The notes: generated by a model from the letters alone, not told the origin. A DNA stretch of 57,401 nt, filler included, from Sphacelaria rigidula (GCA_964200075.2; 6 parts of 6 records of this genome joined end to end with filler, not necessarily neighbours in it), one strand, 5' to 3'. Positions 23,655-36,399 are shown, counted from the whole stretch's first letter. Program-made: numbers and translations.

Positions 23655-26600
23655 ACCCCCCCCACCACCACACACCAAACAACCGCACGAGACAGCAAAC
23701 AAAGACACAAAACACACACNNNNNNNNNNGTATCCGAAAAAAAACGACAAAAGATATGCGTTCGCGTGGGGCCCCCAGCCGCGCCCACCCTCAATTCTTC
23801 CCCCCCCCCCCCCCCCCCCCCCCGGGCACCTCTGGACGATGGTTCGGGCTAAATGTCACTGGCTGTTCACGGTCAAAGGTAGATTTCTCAATATAGACAG
23901 CGCCCGACTACAACTGCGATATGATTCAAGGTGACACATTGGCATCAACCCGCCCCACCTTTCCCTCATGGAGGTTTACGTAAGTATAGATCACGGGCTA
24001 TGTCGCCGCGTGCACCCCGGATACCTGCATCGAAACCTTCCCGCTCAAAAGTGTGGACATGGGGTCCTTGATCCCGAATGGGTTCAACTCGTCCCGCCTC
24101 TCGCCCCCCGCCCAGCAGCCCACGAACTACTGTTCTCAACATAACGGTTGAACCCCCAATATGCACGACCGGTTACCATTGCGAACAGCAACTCCGTTTT
24201 TCCTCCCCGCCCTCGCTCACCCACCGACAGCACACGCACCTCAGGGGTCATATCGGGAATGCCCTTAGTGGATTGGGGAAGGATTCGGTCATTTGGGGTG
24301 TCGGCATAACAATCACCGTCACCAGAGTTTGGGGTGTTTGAAGGACCGGGAGTAGGGGTTGGGCCGCGAGTAGGTGTCGGGTCGGGGATGGTCTGAGAAC
24401 CTATCGCAAACGAACGGTCGAGACATAGCACCAGGGAAAGGGCGGGGGGGCGTGAGGGGGGTGCTCGTTTATGGCTTGCCTTCGTTGTTGGACCGTCGAC
24501 CACGCATTCCTTTCGAAACGGGGCAGGGGGGGGGGGGGAGGGGGGGTCATAACACGTATGCACCTGCGGTTCGGAAAAGGTAAACTACGCGCCGCCCAGG
24601 CGACGAGTTCATGCTTTTGGTGTAGCGAGTTTCTTTCAGGTATCCTGATGAAACAGTGAGTAGATGGCATACCCGAGTTTGCCCGCTCTCAATCGTCAAT
24701 CTACAGGGCACACACCGCTGGCATACGCCACGTGGCTACTCATCAAGTGATCGTCGACTAGCACCCGCTTCTCTCTGCAATGTCGACTTATCGGACGGTG
24801 CTGGGCATGCATATTGCGTTTGGTATAGGCTCTGGACTGTAGACCACGGAATCTTACGGAGCATTGGTTTCATTTTTCATCGGAGACGGCCGACCGCTTA
24901 TTGTTCACTTCACGAAACGTGTTGTCGACTCCCACGACATCGCAAGGTTATGACCCATTTTGTGAACTACCGACCGAAGGATATCAGCTTCTCCAATCCG
25001 ACAAAACAAGCTGTGCTCGTTCTCGATGAATTTGAGGGGATAAGGAAACGCTTGCGTTGATATTTATTTCACTTACTGCCGATGCTGTAGACGTTCATGG
25101 CGTTGCCGCCGCCACAAATCTCGTTTGCATCACCACTGCAAGGCATGGTACACGCGGTGGACAGGCCGTGTTGCGATATGTCGCTCGTGCCCGGTCCACA
25201 CCAACACTGTTGGGCAATAGTTCGTGCAAACGTTGAAAAGACGGTAGGGGTAATCTTACTAAATGAGGGAGCAAGCCAGCATACACGTTGCAGGATACAA
25301 GAATATATTCGGTGGTGCAAGCGAATATCAGGTGTTGGTCCGACCTGGGTCACAAATCGAACATTCCGTCCCAGTTCACCTCGTTGTGTGGCTCTTCCCG
25401 GGAAGTCGTGTGTTCTGCAAGACAGACGTCGAACGTGTTTTGAGCAGGAACTGAAACACGGGCAGAGAAAATGCACATTTTGATTCTATAAATATTGTCA
25501 AACTAAGCACTGGCTCAGTGGTATTTTTGACGCGTCAAGGCAGACGTCTGCTCCTGCCCCCTGTACACCATCTACTGTGTGTAGTGAAGGAAATGAATAT
25601 GCACGGCTACGTCAACACGTTTCTCGCACCTCCTTACTGTACTGCACCCCGTAGTAGGCGTTGGAAGGGTCGGCCTCGCAGATGGCCTTGCAGCTCTGTC
25701 GAAAGCCGAACAGGGGTCATCCCCACCACGGTATTGGGCGCAAGGTGTGTGTGCCACGACAGCGAAAGCCAACAGACCAAGAACGGGGGGGGAAAGAACA
25801 CCACTTCATTTTCAACGACTGAACACGGAAATAGGTGAGCAGGGGCGATTGTTTTGACAGTGAGAGCCTGCGGGCCAAAACCCAGGGACGAGTACGTCAA
25901 TCGACCTTCAACGACTCAGCACACAACCAGGGCATGGCAGCACCGCTGGGACAATCCACTCGCGCGTGGCGCTTGGAAGAGAAAGTGGAGAAATATACAC
26001 AGACGAGCACATTATTCACCACGTGCGGTCTACTACATACATATGTTGCTGGACATTCCACAGTGGCCATTCGTAACACCGAGTGCCTCTGAATTGGCAC
26101 CTCTACTATTTTGAATTGGTCAAGTGTAAGCAGCTTCATCTGGCTCTCTTTTCACCCCACCTTATCCCGCAACGTCAGCTTCCGAGCAACGTTCATCGTG
26201 GTAATCTCGTTCCCTTACCTCTCCCTTCACTCCCCATCCTACTTACCGCAATGGTCAGGTCAGCGATGCCCTTCTTGGCGCTGGAAAGGATGCGAGCATT
26301 TTGATTGTCCTCGTAGCATAAACCATCGTCGGGTGGGGGTTCTTGTCCGCCAGTGGTGTATTCGAAAACCTGCATCAGTTGTCAGGGTGTGGACTCAATA
26401 TTCCGTCACTAGCATATTACTGTACAGTCGTCGTGGAGTTGTATTCTCATCGCGATCGGGATCGTGAACAAGCGGAATCGTCGCGTCGCGTAGCCATTCA
26501 ACATAACAAGCAGTATGGTTGCCTCCTCCTTTTTCCAACCGGACTTTTGGTCTCGACTGGCACTCTGCCACGGTCAAACATATCTGAAATACACGGATCT

Positions 26601-27642
26601 TTTTTTCGTGTCATTTCGATCGACAATAGACCACCGCTCGCAGTCACCAAACCTCCCAAGGGATGACGAGCGTATACGTGCAATGAGTCGAACATAAATG
26701 TATATCGAGACATTTCCGTGACTCCCCATTTCTCGGAGGATGTAATGCCACGGGACGTTCAATACCTATCGGGGAAACAGCATATTTTATGTCCTGCGAG
26801 TTGCAGTTCTGACCTGCAAGGCGTTCGATCCGCCGCAGTCTTCCTCAGGGGAGCCCGTGCAGGGTTTGGTGCAGCTGGATTGTGGGAGGCTTCCCAGGCC
26901 GGCGTAGTCCGCCCCGGAGACACCGCACCAGCACTCCGATCCGTACTGCAGCCCGAAGTACTGGTACGTCCCCTTCGTGTTACAGAAATCGAAGCAGAAC
27001 TGTTCCACAAAAACACACATGAACGAACGGGGAGAGAGGAGAAGACGGGGGTGACAGAATTACGGGTGATCGCGCAGTTTCAGCATCAGGTTGAAGTACA
27101 ATACATTGACTCCGAGGGTGTAGCTTCGTCCTCTGTTTTTGGTGGTGGTACTGTAATGCGTGAGAGAACCGCGTGCTTAGAGGACCGCATCGGAATTTGA
27201 ACATCCCTATGGTGAGTGTTAGGGTTAGCGTTAGGGTTATGGTCAGGGGCGTGGTACCTCCAGAGACTGCCCCGATTGGTTTTCAAAAACGTCGATCCTG
27301 AGGTGTTTTGAACAACGGCACGGTCCTCCAAGCACGCGGTCCTCTCACGCATTACAGTACCCCACGAAGACGTCCTCTTTTCGGTTATTATCCGTAGGTT
27401 TGCTACACACACCCCACTTTGCATGTCAGTTTAAATGAACCTCCTCGGAAGGACTCAAGGGAAGTGATGGATGCAGCATCGACTTCAAGGTTGTCATTTT
27501 GTTCTTCAATTTCTCGTTGCCTGACTCGTGGAGTTTGTGTTACCTGCTGGTCGTTCTCAGGGCTGCCCGTGACGCCCAGCTCGAACCGCCGAGCGCTTTG
27601 CGAGTCTGCATAGCATCCCAGATCCTTCGAACCGGTGGCTGC
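19282..27642 (-). CDS. WSC x3 + Agd3-like (CBM87/CE18-family) carbohydrate-active protein, partial, multi-exon
   Basis: Phase-consistent exons (minus): 27642-27544, 26999-26814, 26369-26247, 25695-25630, 25206-25077, 24400-24240, 23250-23185, 22613-22484, 22265-22168, 21718-21653, 21348-21254, 20961-20762, 20450-20327, 19468-19282. Three WSC domains (GCYAD/CYED..C..C..YFGLQYGSECWCG..C..PC.G...E.CGG.NA). Then TDAQFATLSEYSSTFKARIVYLD..NLFTRPIRITG..TTPIAEY..GLEELHVFFSIG..WVHHIVEWATKGVFM, matching my recollection of the Agd3 N-terminal module (QW..LY.YQ..FGVRMV..D; GREQMAFF..HAWI.W.TRGLY). Start exon not identified; 3' exons lost at the contig edge. Confidence 0.88.
27152..27356. mobile_element. 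About 205-bp MITE, TGT..ACA termini, about 36-bp TIR, 4-bp TSD GTAC, intronic
   Basis: TGTAATGCGTGAGAGAACCGCGTGCTTAGAGGACCG ... CGGTCCTCCAAGCACGCGGTCCTCTCACGCATTACA. GTAC at 27148-27151 and 27357-27360. Internal TTAGGG-like units. Confidence 0.9.
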
Positions 27643-27770
27643 CTGCGCACCGGTGACACAAAAGTACGGAGCCGAAGGAGCTGTGGCATTGGATGCGAAT
27701 AATCGCAAACATTCATATATAACGTTCTGGTTATCGATGCACAGGGTGGGACGCCCACGTGTGTCGGCGT

Positions 27771-27981
27771 TGTAATGCGTGAGAGGACCACGTGCTCAGA
27801 GGACCGCATCGGAATTTGAACACCCCTATGGTTAGGGTTAGGGTCAGGGTTAGTGTTGGGGTTAGGGTCAGGGACGTGGTACCTGCAGGGACTTGCCCCA
27901 TTGGTTTTGAAAAACATCGATCTTGCGGTGTTTCGAACTTCGGCGCGGTCCTCTAAGCACGCGGTCCTCTCACGCATTACA
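27771..27981. mobile_element. About 211-bp MITE of the same family, 5-bp TSD GGCGT
   Basis: Same TIRs. GGCGT at 27766-27770 and 27982-27986. Internal GGTTAGGGTTAGGGTCAGGGTTAGTGTTGGGGTTAGGGTCAGGG. Confidence 0.9.
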
Positions 27982-28652
27982 GGCGTGGTAGAAGTATCGG
28001 TGTACAACATCTAGCACACTCTCGATATACTCCAAACTACGCGCATAAAAAACACTGCGCATTTTTTTCATTTTTTCATGTGATATATGATGAGCATTTG
28101 TTTCTCTCCCTCTGTCACTGCATGAGTCACAGGCATGATAGCAGAATACAAGCAAAAAGGACGAATGAATTGAAAGACACGGAGGGAGATCAACGAATAA
28201 CATGTAGCGGAGGAAGAAGGGATGAACTGAGAGTTGAAGTCCACCCAGCCATGAGTCGAGGACGGAAATAGTCCTCCCGCAGAGTTCACCACTTCGGAGA
28301 GGTTTACTGGCTCGTTTTGGTTTCACTGTGAACACTTACGTCCGAATCTTGATCGAGGACTGTGCTCTTGGTGTTTTCCTAGACTAGCGTGCGAAGAACG
28401 CGTTCTTGATCAAATCAGCTCATGCAGCGCCCATTCAAGATCTTGCAACACACGATTGGATTGGGAGCAGTTCCAACTCCTTTTCCCCGAGGGACTTACC
28501 ATGCCTTCGCTGGGACGAGAGATGGGGTTAGAGTCAGGGTTATTTAAAATAATGAAACTTAAAGAATATTATCATCCCCACCAAGTAACAGCCGATTCTC
28601 GAAAATGGGGTTAAAAAAAAATTGAGGCTCAACTCAAAAGCCGTGCTTTCCC

Positions 28653-28752
28653 NNNNNNNNNNNNNNNNNNNNNNNNNNNNNNNNNNNNNNNNNNNNTTAA
28701 TTAATTAANNNNNNNNNNNNNNNNNNNNNNNNNNNNNNNNNNNNNNNNNNNN
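28653..28752. other. Artificial contig-join linker
   Basis: N run with TTAATTAATTAA at 28697-28708. Confidence 0.97.
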
Positions 28753-28785
28753 ACAAATGAGGACGCCCCCCCCCCCCCCCCCCCC
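28753..28785 (+). mobile_element. Extreme 3' end of the poly(C)-tailed non-LTR family
   Basis: ACAAATGAGGACG followed by C20. One mismatch to ACAAATGAGTACG(C)n. Confidence 0.65.
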
Positions 28786-30467
28786 ACACGCGCGCGCGCG
28801 CGTGCCGTCGGATGTTCGCGGAACGGTCATTACTCGCACGTGTGTGTATGACAAGGGGTAGTGGTGACAGGAACATCGCCATGGTTTTCGACGTCGTGTT
28901 CTGTAGTGCACAGAGTACCGCTCTGTCCAAAACGAAAGCCAGAAGGGAACCGATCCTTGCACTAGTCAGCGTCACAGACAATACACGAATACATCACCAC
29001 TCAATAATTCGGCAACCCGATCTTTTTGCTTGGACTGTCCAACTAACCGCCTGCCCTTCTTGTGTGCCGATCAAAGGGCTGGCACATTGGGTATGTGGTG
29101 GAAACCTGACGCCAATCTGTCCAGCGATTGGGAATCGCCGAACGAAGACACACAAAGGACACGAGGAGCTTCCTCTCCGTCATCGCTCCTCCGGTGGCGT
29201 CGTCATCGATACACGTGTACACCTCATCAATTGGGTATACCTAGCCACACCTCCTTATCTTTCGACAAAATCAAACTATCCGAAATTTCTCTCGTTTTGC
29301 AGACTATTTCGGCAGAAATCTCCCAAATCCAAAGGCAGGGTAAACGCCACCGCGAGATTGAAGCCCTAAGGAGACCTTCTTAAACACTGGTAAGATCCAT
29401 TATGAGGCCCACTATTGTCGACGCTGTGTTTTCGTACCGTGAGGCATTTTCTGCGGTAATCCAGGCCAAAGCCTCGCGGGCCCACTTCTAACTTTACCCG
29501 TAGACCGCGAGGGTAGTCCACCTTGATCATACATACTTTTTTCAACGAGAATGGTGCCGACCCAACAGACGGCCTACTCTCGCCGTCTAACGGTTAAATC
29601 GACGGAAATAATCATATTCCGAGTGTGAAATTGCTGGAGACACCAAATCCGAGGTGTTTTTCGCGATATCAATCCTTCATTCATAAAAAAATGACAAACT
29701 CACATCTGACATTGCCAAGTCGGGGTGTTCAAGACACGTCATCGAAAAAGGCAACCTACAAATCGCATCGACGCTATCGAAGTAATTGGGGTGGACATAA
29801 CGTTTTGTCGAAATAGGTTCAAGGTCGGCTGCGCAAACGGCAAGTTGAATGAAGTTTCAGCACTTGGACCGATGGATCCTGACTAACGCATGGCAGGTGC
29901 ATTGACTAACGCATGTTCATTCAGATCAACTTAAGAGCTGATGGTGCCCCCTCGCCATTGTTTCGGTTGTTTCGGTATATTCAATACCTCATCCCCAGTC
30001 GAAGATTTAGGACATGGGAGCATGCGACTATGCAGAAAGCAACCGTATGCTGTTGTTGATGTACATTACGCAAAACAAGGGCGGACGATGGGCTCGCACG
30101 GGAAAAAACAAAAAATGTACTCTAATTTCAACAACGAGTTCCTGCCCTGTAAGCCAGCCCGTGGAAAGCCCAGAATAGTGCCCTGTGAGACGCCCAGAGA
30201 AAGTTCTCCTCAGATGCGACGAAAATTCCAATGTATAAAACGGTTATTGCATCCACGGTGCGCCTCGTGCGCCTTTTATGTAGCCGTACAGAGAGTTTGG
30301 ACTAACACCGCTTTACCGCCGCAAGTTTGAACCTTTGTACAGATTCGGGCTTCGATCTGGACAAAACTGTCTCTCGGTAAGACTGAAACTGGTCGCTTTG
30401 GGGGCAATCCCCTTTCAAAAGGGGATTTTCGGAAAGGGGATACTCCCCTTCGATAAGAACCAGCCTT

Positions 30468-30830
30468 TAGGCCCATTATCGACACTAGTTGTGCGGAGAC
30501 GTCATGAATTTTCGGACTTTTTGGACTTTGCATTCAGACTTCTCCGAAAACGAAACGGCTTGGGTGTTGCTCCGAAGCCTCACTTTTGGAGAAGTCCGAA
30601 AAGCTCGGACGGCAACGCAGCGCATCAGACAGCTACCCTGTGGGTATGCTGTGGAGGTCGCTAGCGTTCTAGAGTAATCAAGTATCTTGCTAGTCCTGAA
30701 CAATTCGGAGCCAGTTCGATTTTTCGTACTTCTTCCCAAAATGAAGGTTCGGAAAAGAAATCAAGCGGTATCGTTCTCGGAGAAGTCTGAACGCAAAGTT
30801 CGAAACGTTCGAAAAATCACACGGACATCG
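30468..30830. mobile_element. Foldback/MITE-like element (AGGCCCATT..ATCGACACT family)
   Basis: 30500-30600 is an imperfect inverted repeat of 30725-30820 (TTCAGACTTCTCCGA versus TCGGAGAAGTCTGAA). The body is homologous to 33450-33610. Confidence 0.65.
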
Positions 30831-31239
30831 CGCGTATAGAATACTTACTTCAGTGACTGTGAAACAAGTAGAGATGGCCACCGTGACACGGGAAGTCTTG
30901 GTTCCATTTCTGTCGTGTTGTAGGGATTGGACGAGGAACGATATAATTGCATGCATTTATCGAGTATCTTGGAATCAATCTACTGATCGTGGCGGCGGCA
31001 GCCACCAAAAATCTGCATACAATGGGGTTATTGTTTATGTTATTTCAACTGCAGTGTCAGGCTCCGTGTGCATCTTGTATATTGGTACGTTTTCATGTAT
31101 TGAAGTAGAACGACAATCACCGCCCTGCATGGGTTCGTGGCATGTTTCCGGGCAACCTACACCGATTTACAAGGGTTACATGCCCCCGTCGAACATGCTT
31201 AGTCACTGGCTCTCTGTCTCTGGAAAAATCCCGGTCAAG

Positions 31240-34200
31240 GTAAGCGCTGGTGACAAGCATACATGCGGTGTCAAAGTGGATCAAACGCTGTCCTGCTGGG
31301 GCAAAACGCGCGTGGCGCCGCGGGGACTTTTCCAACAACTAAGTGTCGGCGCACATCACACCTGCGCACTTAGGAGGGAGGGATCGGCGGTATGCTGGGG
31401 GGATAATATCTCTGGGAGTACATCGAAAGTGCCCAAAAATACGACATTTGTACAGGTGAGTTGAAGTCAATGAAATTATAGACTGGGTCGCATCAACTTC
31501 AAGCATTACTTCAGGGCAACGTTGAATACAGGCCTTCTGCGTACACTAGTGGAAGTAGGCGGAAATCAGGAGACAGTGCGCAGGAAAGGTGAAGAGGTGG
31601 TGCAGCTCCGTGGTTCATCGAAACAAGCATCGCCTGCGGCGATTCCTGCATCTGAGGATGACTTTCCAGTGGCGGGCGAACCGTAGGTGTGTTGTCAGCG
31701 CATATCCCGGGATGGTGCAAGAAAAGGTGAACCATATCAGACACTCGTACAGCAACGGTTTCCGATCATTGTCCCGCATGTGCTCCGTAGGTCGTTGCAG
31801 GTAAGGACAATAGTTGCGGCTTGCGGCAAAATGGGGGAGTCGATTGCTGGGGCAGCAACTCAATGGGTCAAAGTCAACCGCCGCTCGATGTCCAGTTTCG
31901 GCAAATCGCTGCTTCCAACAGCAGGTGTGCGATAGATTTGCTCCGATTATTGATGTATATTGTCGCGCCACGCCACCCGTGTGTTGTAGACCGCGAGAGG
32001 TTTTGCACCGACGAATATTACAAAACAGACCAGCGTCTCGAATGGTGTTGTGCAGTTGAAACCGTCCATTTGCTACCGGTGGATGTGGGAACACGACCCA
32101 ATTTGGTGCCGAACATATATCCAGCCTGGGAAATTCCGGTAGACAACACGTCGCCGAAGTGTATCGTTGGCGGAGAAACCCAGGCGGAGGATGGAGGTTC
32201 GAGCAACGTTCTATGGAGCGAAACACACGTGTTCTCCATTTGTTGAACAGCCGAAATGCCTTACCGGGCGCGAAAACTCCTACCCTCACTCGATGGCTGC
32301 AAACAGCACACGCAAACTTCAGTAGAGCAGCACCACATAGGAATCACAGTATGTGGCTAGAAGGTAAGTTAATGGAATCATGTCCCATAGGTAGCTCGAT
32401 GCTGTCGTTATCGCACCCTGAAACATCGTTCGGACTGATTCTCATATGCAGACATGTATGCGGTTTGACTGTTGCGGGAGCGATTCAGTGCTGGGGGCGA
32501 GATATGCGAGGGGAAACGCAGTCCAGGGAAGGACCGTGGCAGCAGGTAAGCAAGGGCGCCTATGTTTAGCGCAAACGGTACTAGCCATGGTATCAATTTG
32601 ATCCACTCCAACCCGCTTTGTAGCGAATAAGGTCACCAACCTGGTCGCTAGTAGCTCGATGTAGGTGACTGCGCTGGCCACCAGCAGCGTTACCGAGGGC
32701 TGCCGATGGTGCGGCGAAAAAGTACATTCTGAGCCGAGTATCTGGTGCCGAACCAGGCGCATCCTCATGTGAATTATGCGCTGATTTCTACCCTCGACTA
32801 CAGCGGAGTATCGCGCAAGCGCCAGTTCCGTCGCCATATCAACCCACGCAGTCGACTACTAGCTAGAGTGAGCGCCACGCAGGCTATAGTTTGCGCTGCT
32901 TGTTTGAAGTAGCTCTCATCTTCGTGGTCTGTCCATATAGCTTGACCCGCAGAACCGAACGTTTTTGTCGACCTCGAGAAGATCTGTAATAGTGAATCAG
33001 GGAACGGGTCATGTTCACGTTCGGTGTTGTAGCGTAGTGCCTTATGCTACCAGGGTCCCACACGAACAGTTGATTGGCGTCGGCGCGACAAATGCTTTTT
33101 CTGGCACACACTCTGCTCGCATGTCCAATTTGTTTTACCGCTTGGGCCTGTAGGTTACGTGTGGACAGTGGACAACTTGTGGAATACGGGGGGCTGACGG
33201 AGGCATCGAATGCTGGGGAATGAAAAAGGTCTGTCACATCAACAACTCAATCAGTAATGACTGTGGCGATTTTGAGACTATTCTTCGCGGGGTGTTACTC
33301 TTTATCGCATGCCCTAGTTCCGCTTTATATGTTCACCAGAACTCTGCAATGAATGGTGCGCACAAGCTATTTCCAGGTGTTAGGCCCATTGTTATCGACA
33401 CTTTTTTTTCAGAGATCTCAGAACTTTTCAGAGCTTTCGTACTCCGCGTTCAGACTTCTCCGAGGAAAAATCGGCTTGTTCTTATCCCCGAATCTTCATT
33501 TCTGGAGGAGTCAGAAACATTCGTACTGCAGCGCAGCACTTCGGAGAGCTACCCTGTCAATACGCCGTGGTGCTTGCAAGCATTCGAGAATAATCAGGTA
33601 ACTTGCCTTTCCCGACAATTTCGGGTATCTCCGAAGAAAACAGGGGGAGATACGTGACACACGTGACACATTTGAAAAAACGGAAAAAACGTAACTTTGG
33701 GCCATTTAACGCCACGTAAGGTTTGATTTTTCGGACGGGATAAATGCAACGTAACGTGATGTAACATGTGGACCTTGAAGCAGTGTCTCTTGGTGTTTTC
33801 CATGTGTAAAAAAAGGCGTTTTTGTGAATTTTTAACGTGACACGTGACATATTCACGAAAACAAGCAGAGTCTTCGTCACATTTGGAAAGTAAAACGCAA
33901 TGTTAGAGTTCATGCAAAGGATCAAACGTTGCTACACGTTACGCTACATATGTCCCATCCAAAAAATCAAATCTTACGTAGCGTCAAATGACCCAAAGTT
34001 ACGTGTTTTTGAATGTGTCATGTGAAAACGTCACGTATCACGTATTCTTACCTGGAAAAAACAGTGTCGATAATAATGGGTCTTCGTCGCACCTGATAAT
34101 GCGTTTCCACGGGACGTAATTCAGAGTGGTGCAATGTAAGGGGTGAACAGTTCCCAGGTTGAAATCGTTTGGACTCGTTTACCCCGCCCCCAAAACGGCC

Positions 34201-34943
34201 TACGGAGTATGTGAGAGAACGCCACGATTAGCATCCCAATCGACTAGGGATATGTCGAATCGTTTAACAAGCAGGAGTGTCTTGACCCATCTTCTTGTGC
34301 AGCTCCTGGCTCTAGGAGTCCCTCAACGATAAACATATGGGCTAAAATGTGGAACCCCGACCGCGGCGTGACTCTTTCACACCCTGAACAAATGATTTCA
34401 TCGTATTGTAAAACAATGTACTGGGCACAGTATGAAATGTTTTGTCTAATGCAATAGAGGCAATAGTCGATACTCTACGCTTTGCACCTTTGACAATGGA
34501 ATTTTTTGTTCAGAGTGTGGACCCCCTGCAGCATCAGCATCCATTTGCAGAGCATCTTTTGGCCACCAATCGAAGATAGCTCCATTGACACATGGCACAA
34601 AAACCAGGATCTGTGGAGGAGGCTACGGGGCCAACTTTAATCTACACTAAACCGAGCAAAACTTGGCACGATCTTGCCCCTGATCATTTGTTCACCCCTT
34701 CCGCTGATGGGGAATTTATTTCAACAATTTCTAATAGCACCTCGTCGCCCTCGTGTTCTCTTCCGGACAATTGTGGATTGAACGGCGCGTCCGTCCGCCC
34801 AGCTAAACGAGAGCGGTACCATATACGAAGAGGTGTCTTCCTCGGAATTCCACACGTGCGCGGTAAATAATGAAGGAGAGCTGGAGTGCTGGGGAAACGC
34901 GCAGCAGGCAGAACTAGTGCCAGACGGATTCCTGGCGGCATAG
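31240..34943 (+). CDS. Cys-rich RCC1/BLIP-II (CRINKLY4-type C-x10-CWG) beta-propeller protein, 5'-partial
   Basis: Phase-consistent exons 31240-31455, 31791-31924, 32452-32545, 33154-33228, 34803-34943 (stop TAG). Six repeats: VSAGDKHTCGVKVDQTLSCWG, LSVGAHHTCALRREGSAVCWG, VVAGKDNSCGLRQNGGVDCWG, IAASNSRHVCGLTVAGAIQCWG, VTCGQWTTCGIRGADGGIECWG, VSSSEFHTCAVNNEGELECWG. Upstream exons not resolved. Confidence 0.88.
33381..34084. mobile_element. About 700-bp non-autonomous TIR element with a nested foldback, intronic
   Basis: TAGGCCCATTGTTATCGACACTTTT versus AAAACAGTGTCGATAATAATGGGTCTT. Internal inverted arms at 33650-33770 and 33925-34045 (ACGTAACTTTGGG..TTTGATTTTT versus AAAAATCAAA..CCCAAAGTTACGT). 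Confidence 0.75.
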
Positions 34944-36399
34944 GTCTCTTGGCTGGCCCATTTTTCTGGCGATTATTCTTCTTGTCTTTGTCGTGTAGGG
35001 TGACGTGGTGGGTATGTCATTGGTTTTCTGTGCTTGCTGGCGATGCATGTGTAGTATTTTCGCTTTGTTACTGTAAGGTCAAGTGCACCATCCATTTCAA
35101 CCACCGGAAGCACGAAGCTGATACCTGGTCTGTCGAGATAACTTGGTCGCCCGCGAAATGCAGAATGTGCCGGCGATCCTTGTGCTGTCAGCACTCAAGA
35201 AACGACTCCTCATCAGCCAAAGAAATCTTTTTCAACACTGCAAAACATAGCCCGAGAATATCCGCCATTTACAACTCAGAGTTAAAAGCATTTTTCATCG
35301 TCCAAGTAGGAGTTGTGGTTCACGGTTCATGTGGGCAGGAGCAACAGCGATGGTCGATGCTCGAGTAGCTCAGCGCCGTGCTTCCCCTCCTCGTAATGGG
35401 ATCTTACAGCTGAGCCCTGGCTTCAAGCCCTGGCTTCAAGTGTGAGAGCTTGGATTTGACACAGGTCGAGTGTTCTCGTTCTGAATTCATTGCTGCTTCA
35501 TCCTGCCATGGAAACGAGTCGACGGTTTTAGGGGATCGAGCACTTCTATCCCGGGATCTACCGTACACTCTAGCATCGAGTGGTAATCTATGACCATTCT
35601 CGTGACCCGTCGACTTCCTCGATTAATTTGCCGACTCTCGTTGTCACACTCTTGGGTGATGGAAAGCGAAACACAGGCTCATGTCATAAATAGAACCAGC
35701 AATATTCGCTCAAAATCGTTTTGATGTCCACGTGTCATAACCAGGACGCCGCGACATCGTCTTTATCCTATTACAGCTGTGAACCTCTGTCGCGCCTATA
35801 GACACCTATAAACGATGCAAGAAATAATTTAAACGCCAATTTCTCCATCAACACAGACACGAACATCAATCCGAAGTAAGGGTCTCTCTTGTAGGGTCAT
35901 TCATCACTGCGACTGCGAGTTCGCTTCCTACACATGAACGATTCTCATGCATTGCACACTTAGAATTCCTCATCACAGTGCTTCCATCCACTGCTTGCAC
36001 GACACGACTGGCAGGGTCGATAAGCGAGAAGGCTATATTACCCCCGTCCCTCACGGACGCTCATACCAGCCGCCGGCACTGAGCGCTCGATTACAGCAGC
36101 GGTTAGTCTCTACTCCCACGCAAATCCACGCATACCCACAACAATTTCAACACGAACACAAGAGAAGGAGTCTGCACATCAATGTCTCCACCGACACAAA
36201 TATCGTGTTTTCACGCAACTGCACATTACCGTGGCATGGGCTTACAACTACACCATTCCTTATAGATCGCACCCCACGCTCCATGCACAACCGTCCAACT
36301 AAACATATAGGAACCAACGCATGAAAAACCACCCGTTTTTGTACAAGTCGCTGTACAGTCCAAATGCACATATATCGTTAAAAAAAAGGGCACTTTCAT

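Noticed and set aside
23335-23934. Poly-proline or poly-glycine (extensin-like) ORFs
   Set aside because: Translations of intronic C/G homopolymers spanning small N gaps.
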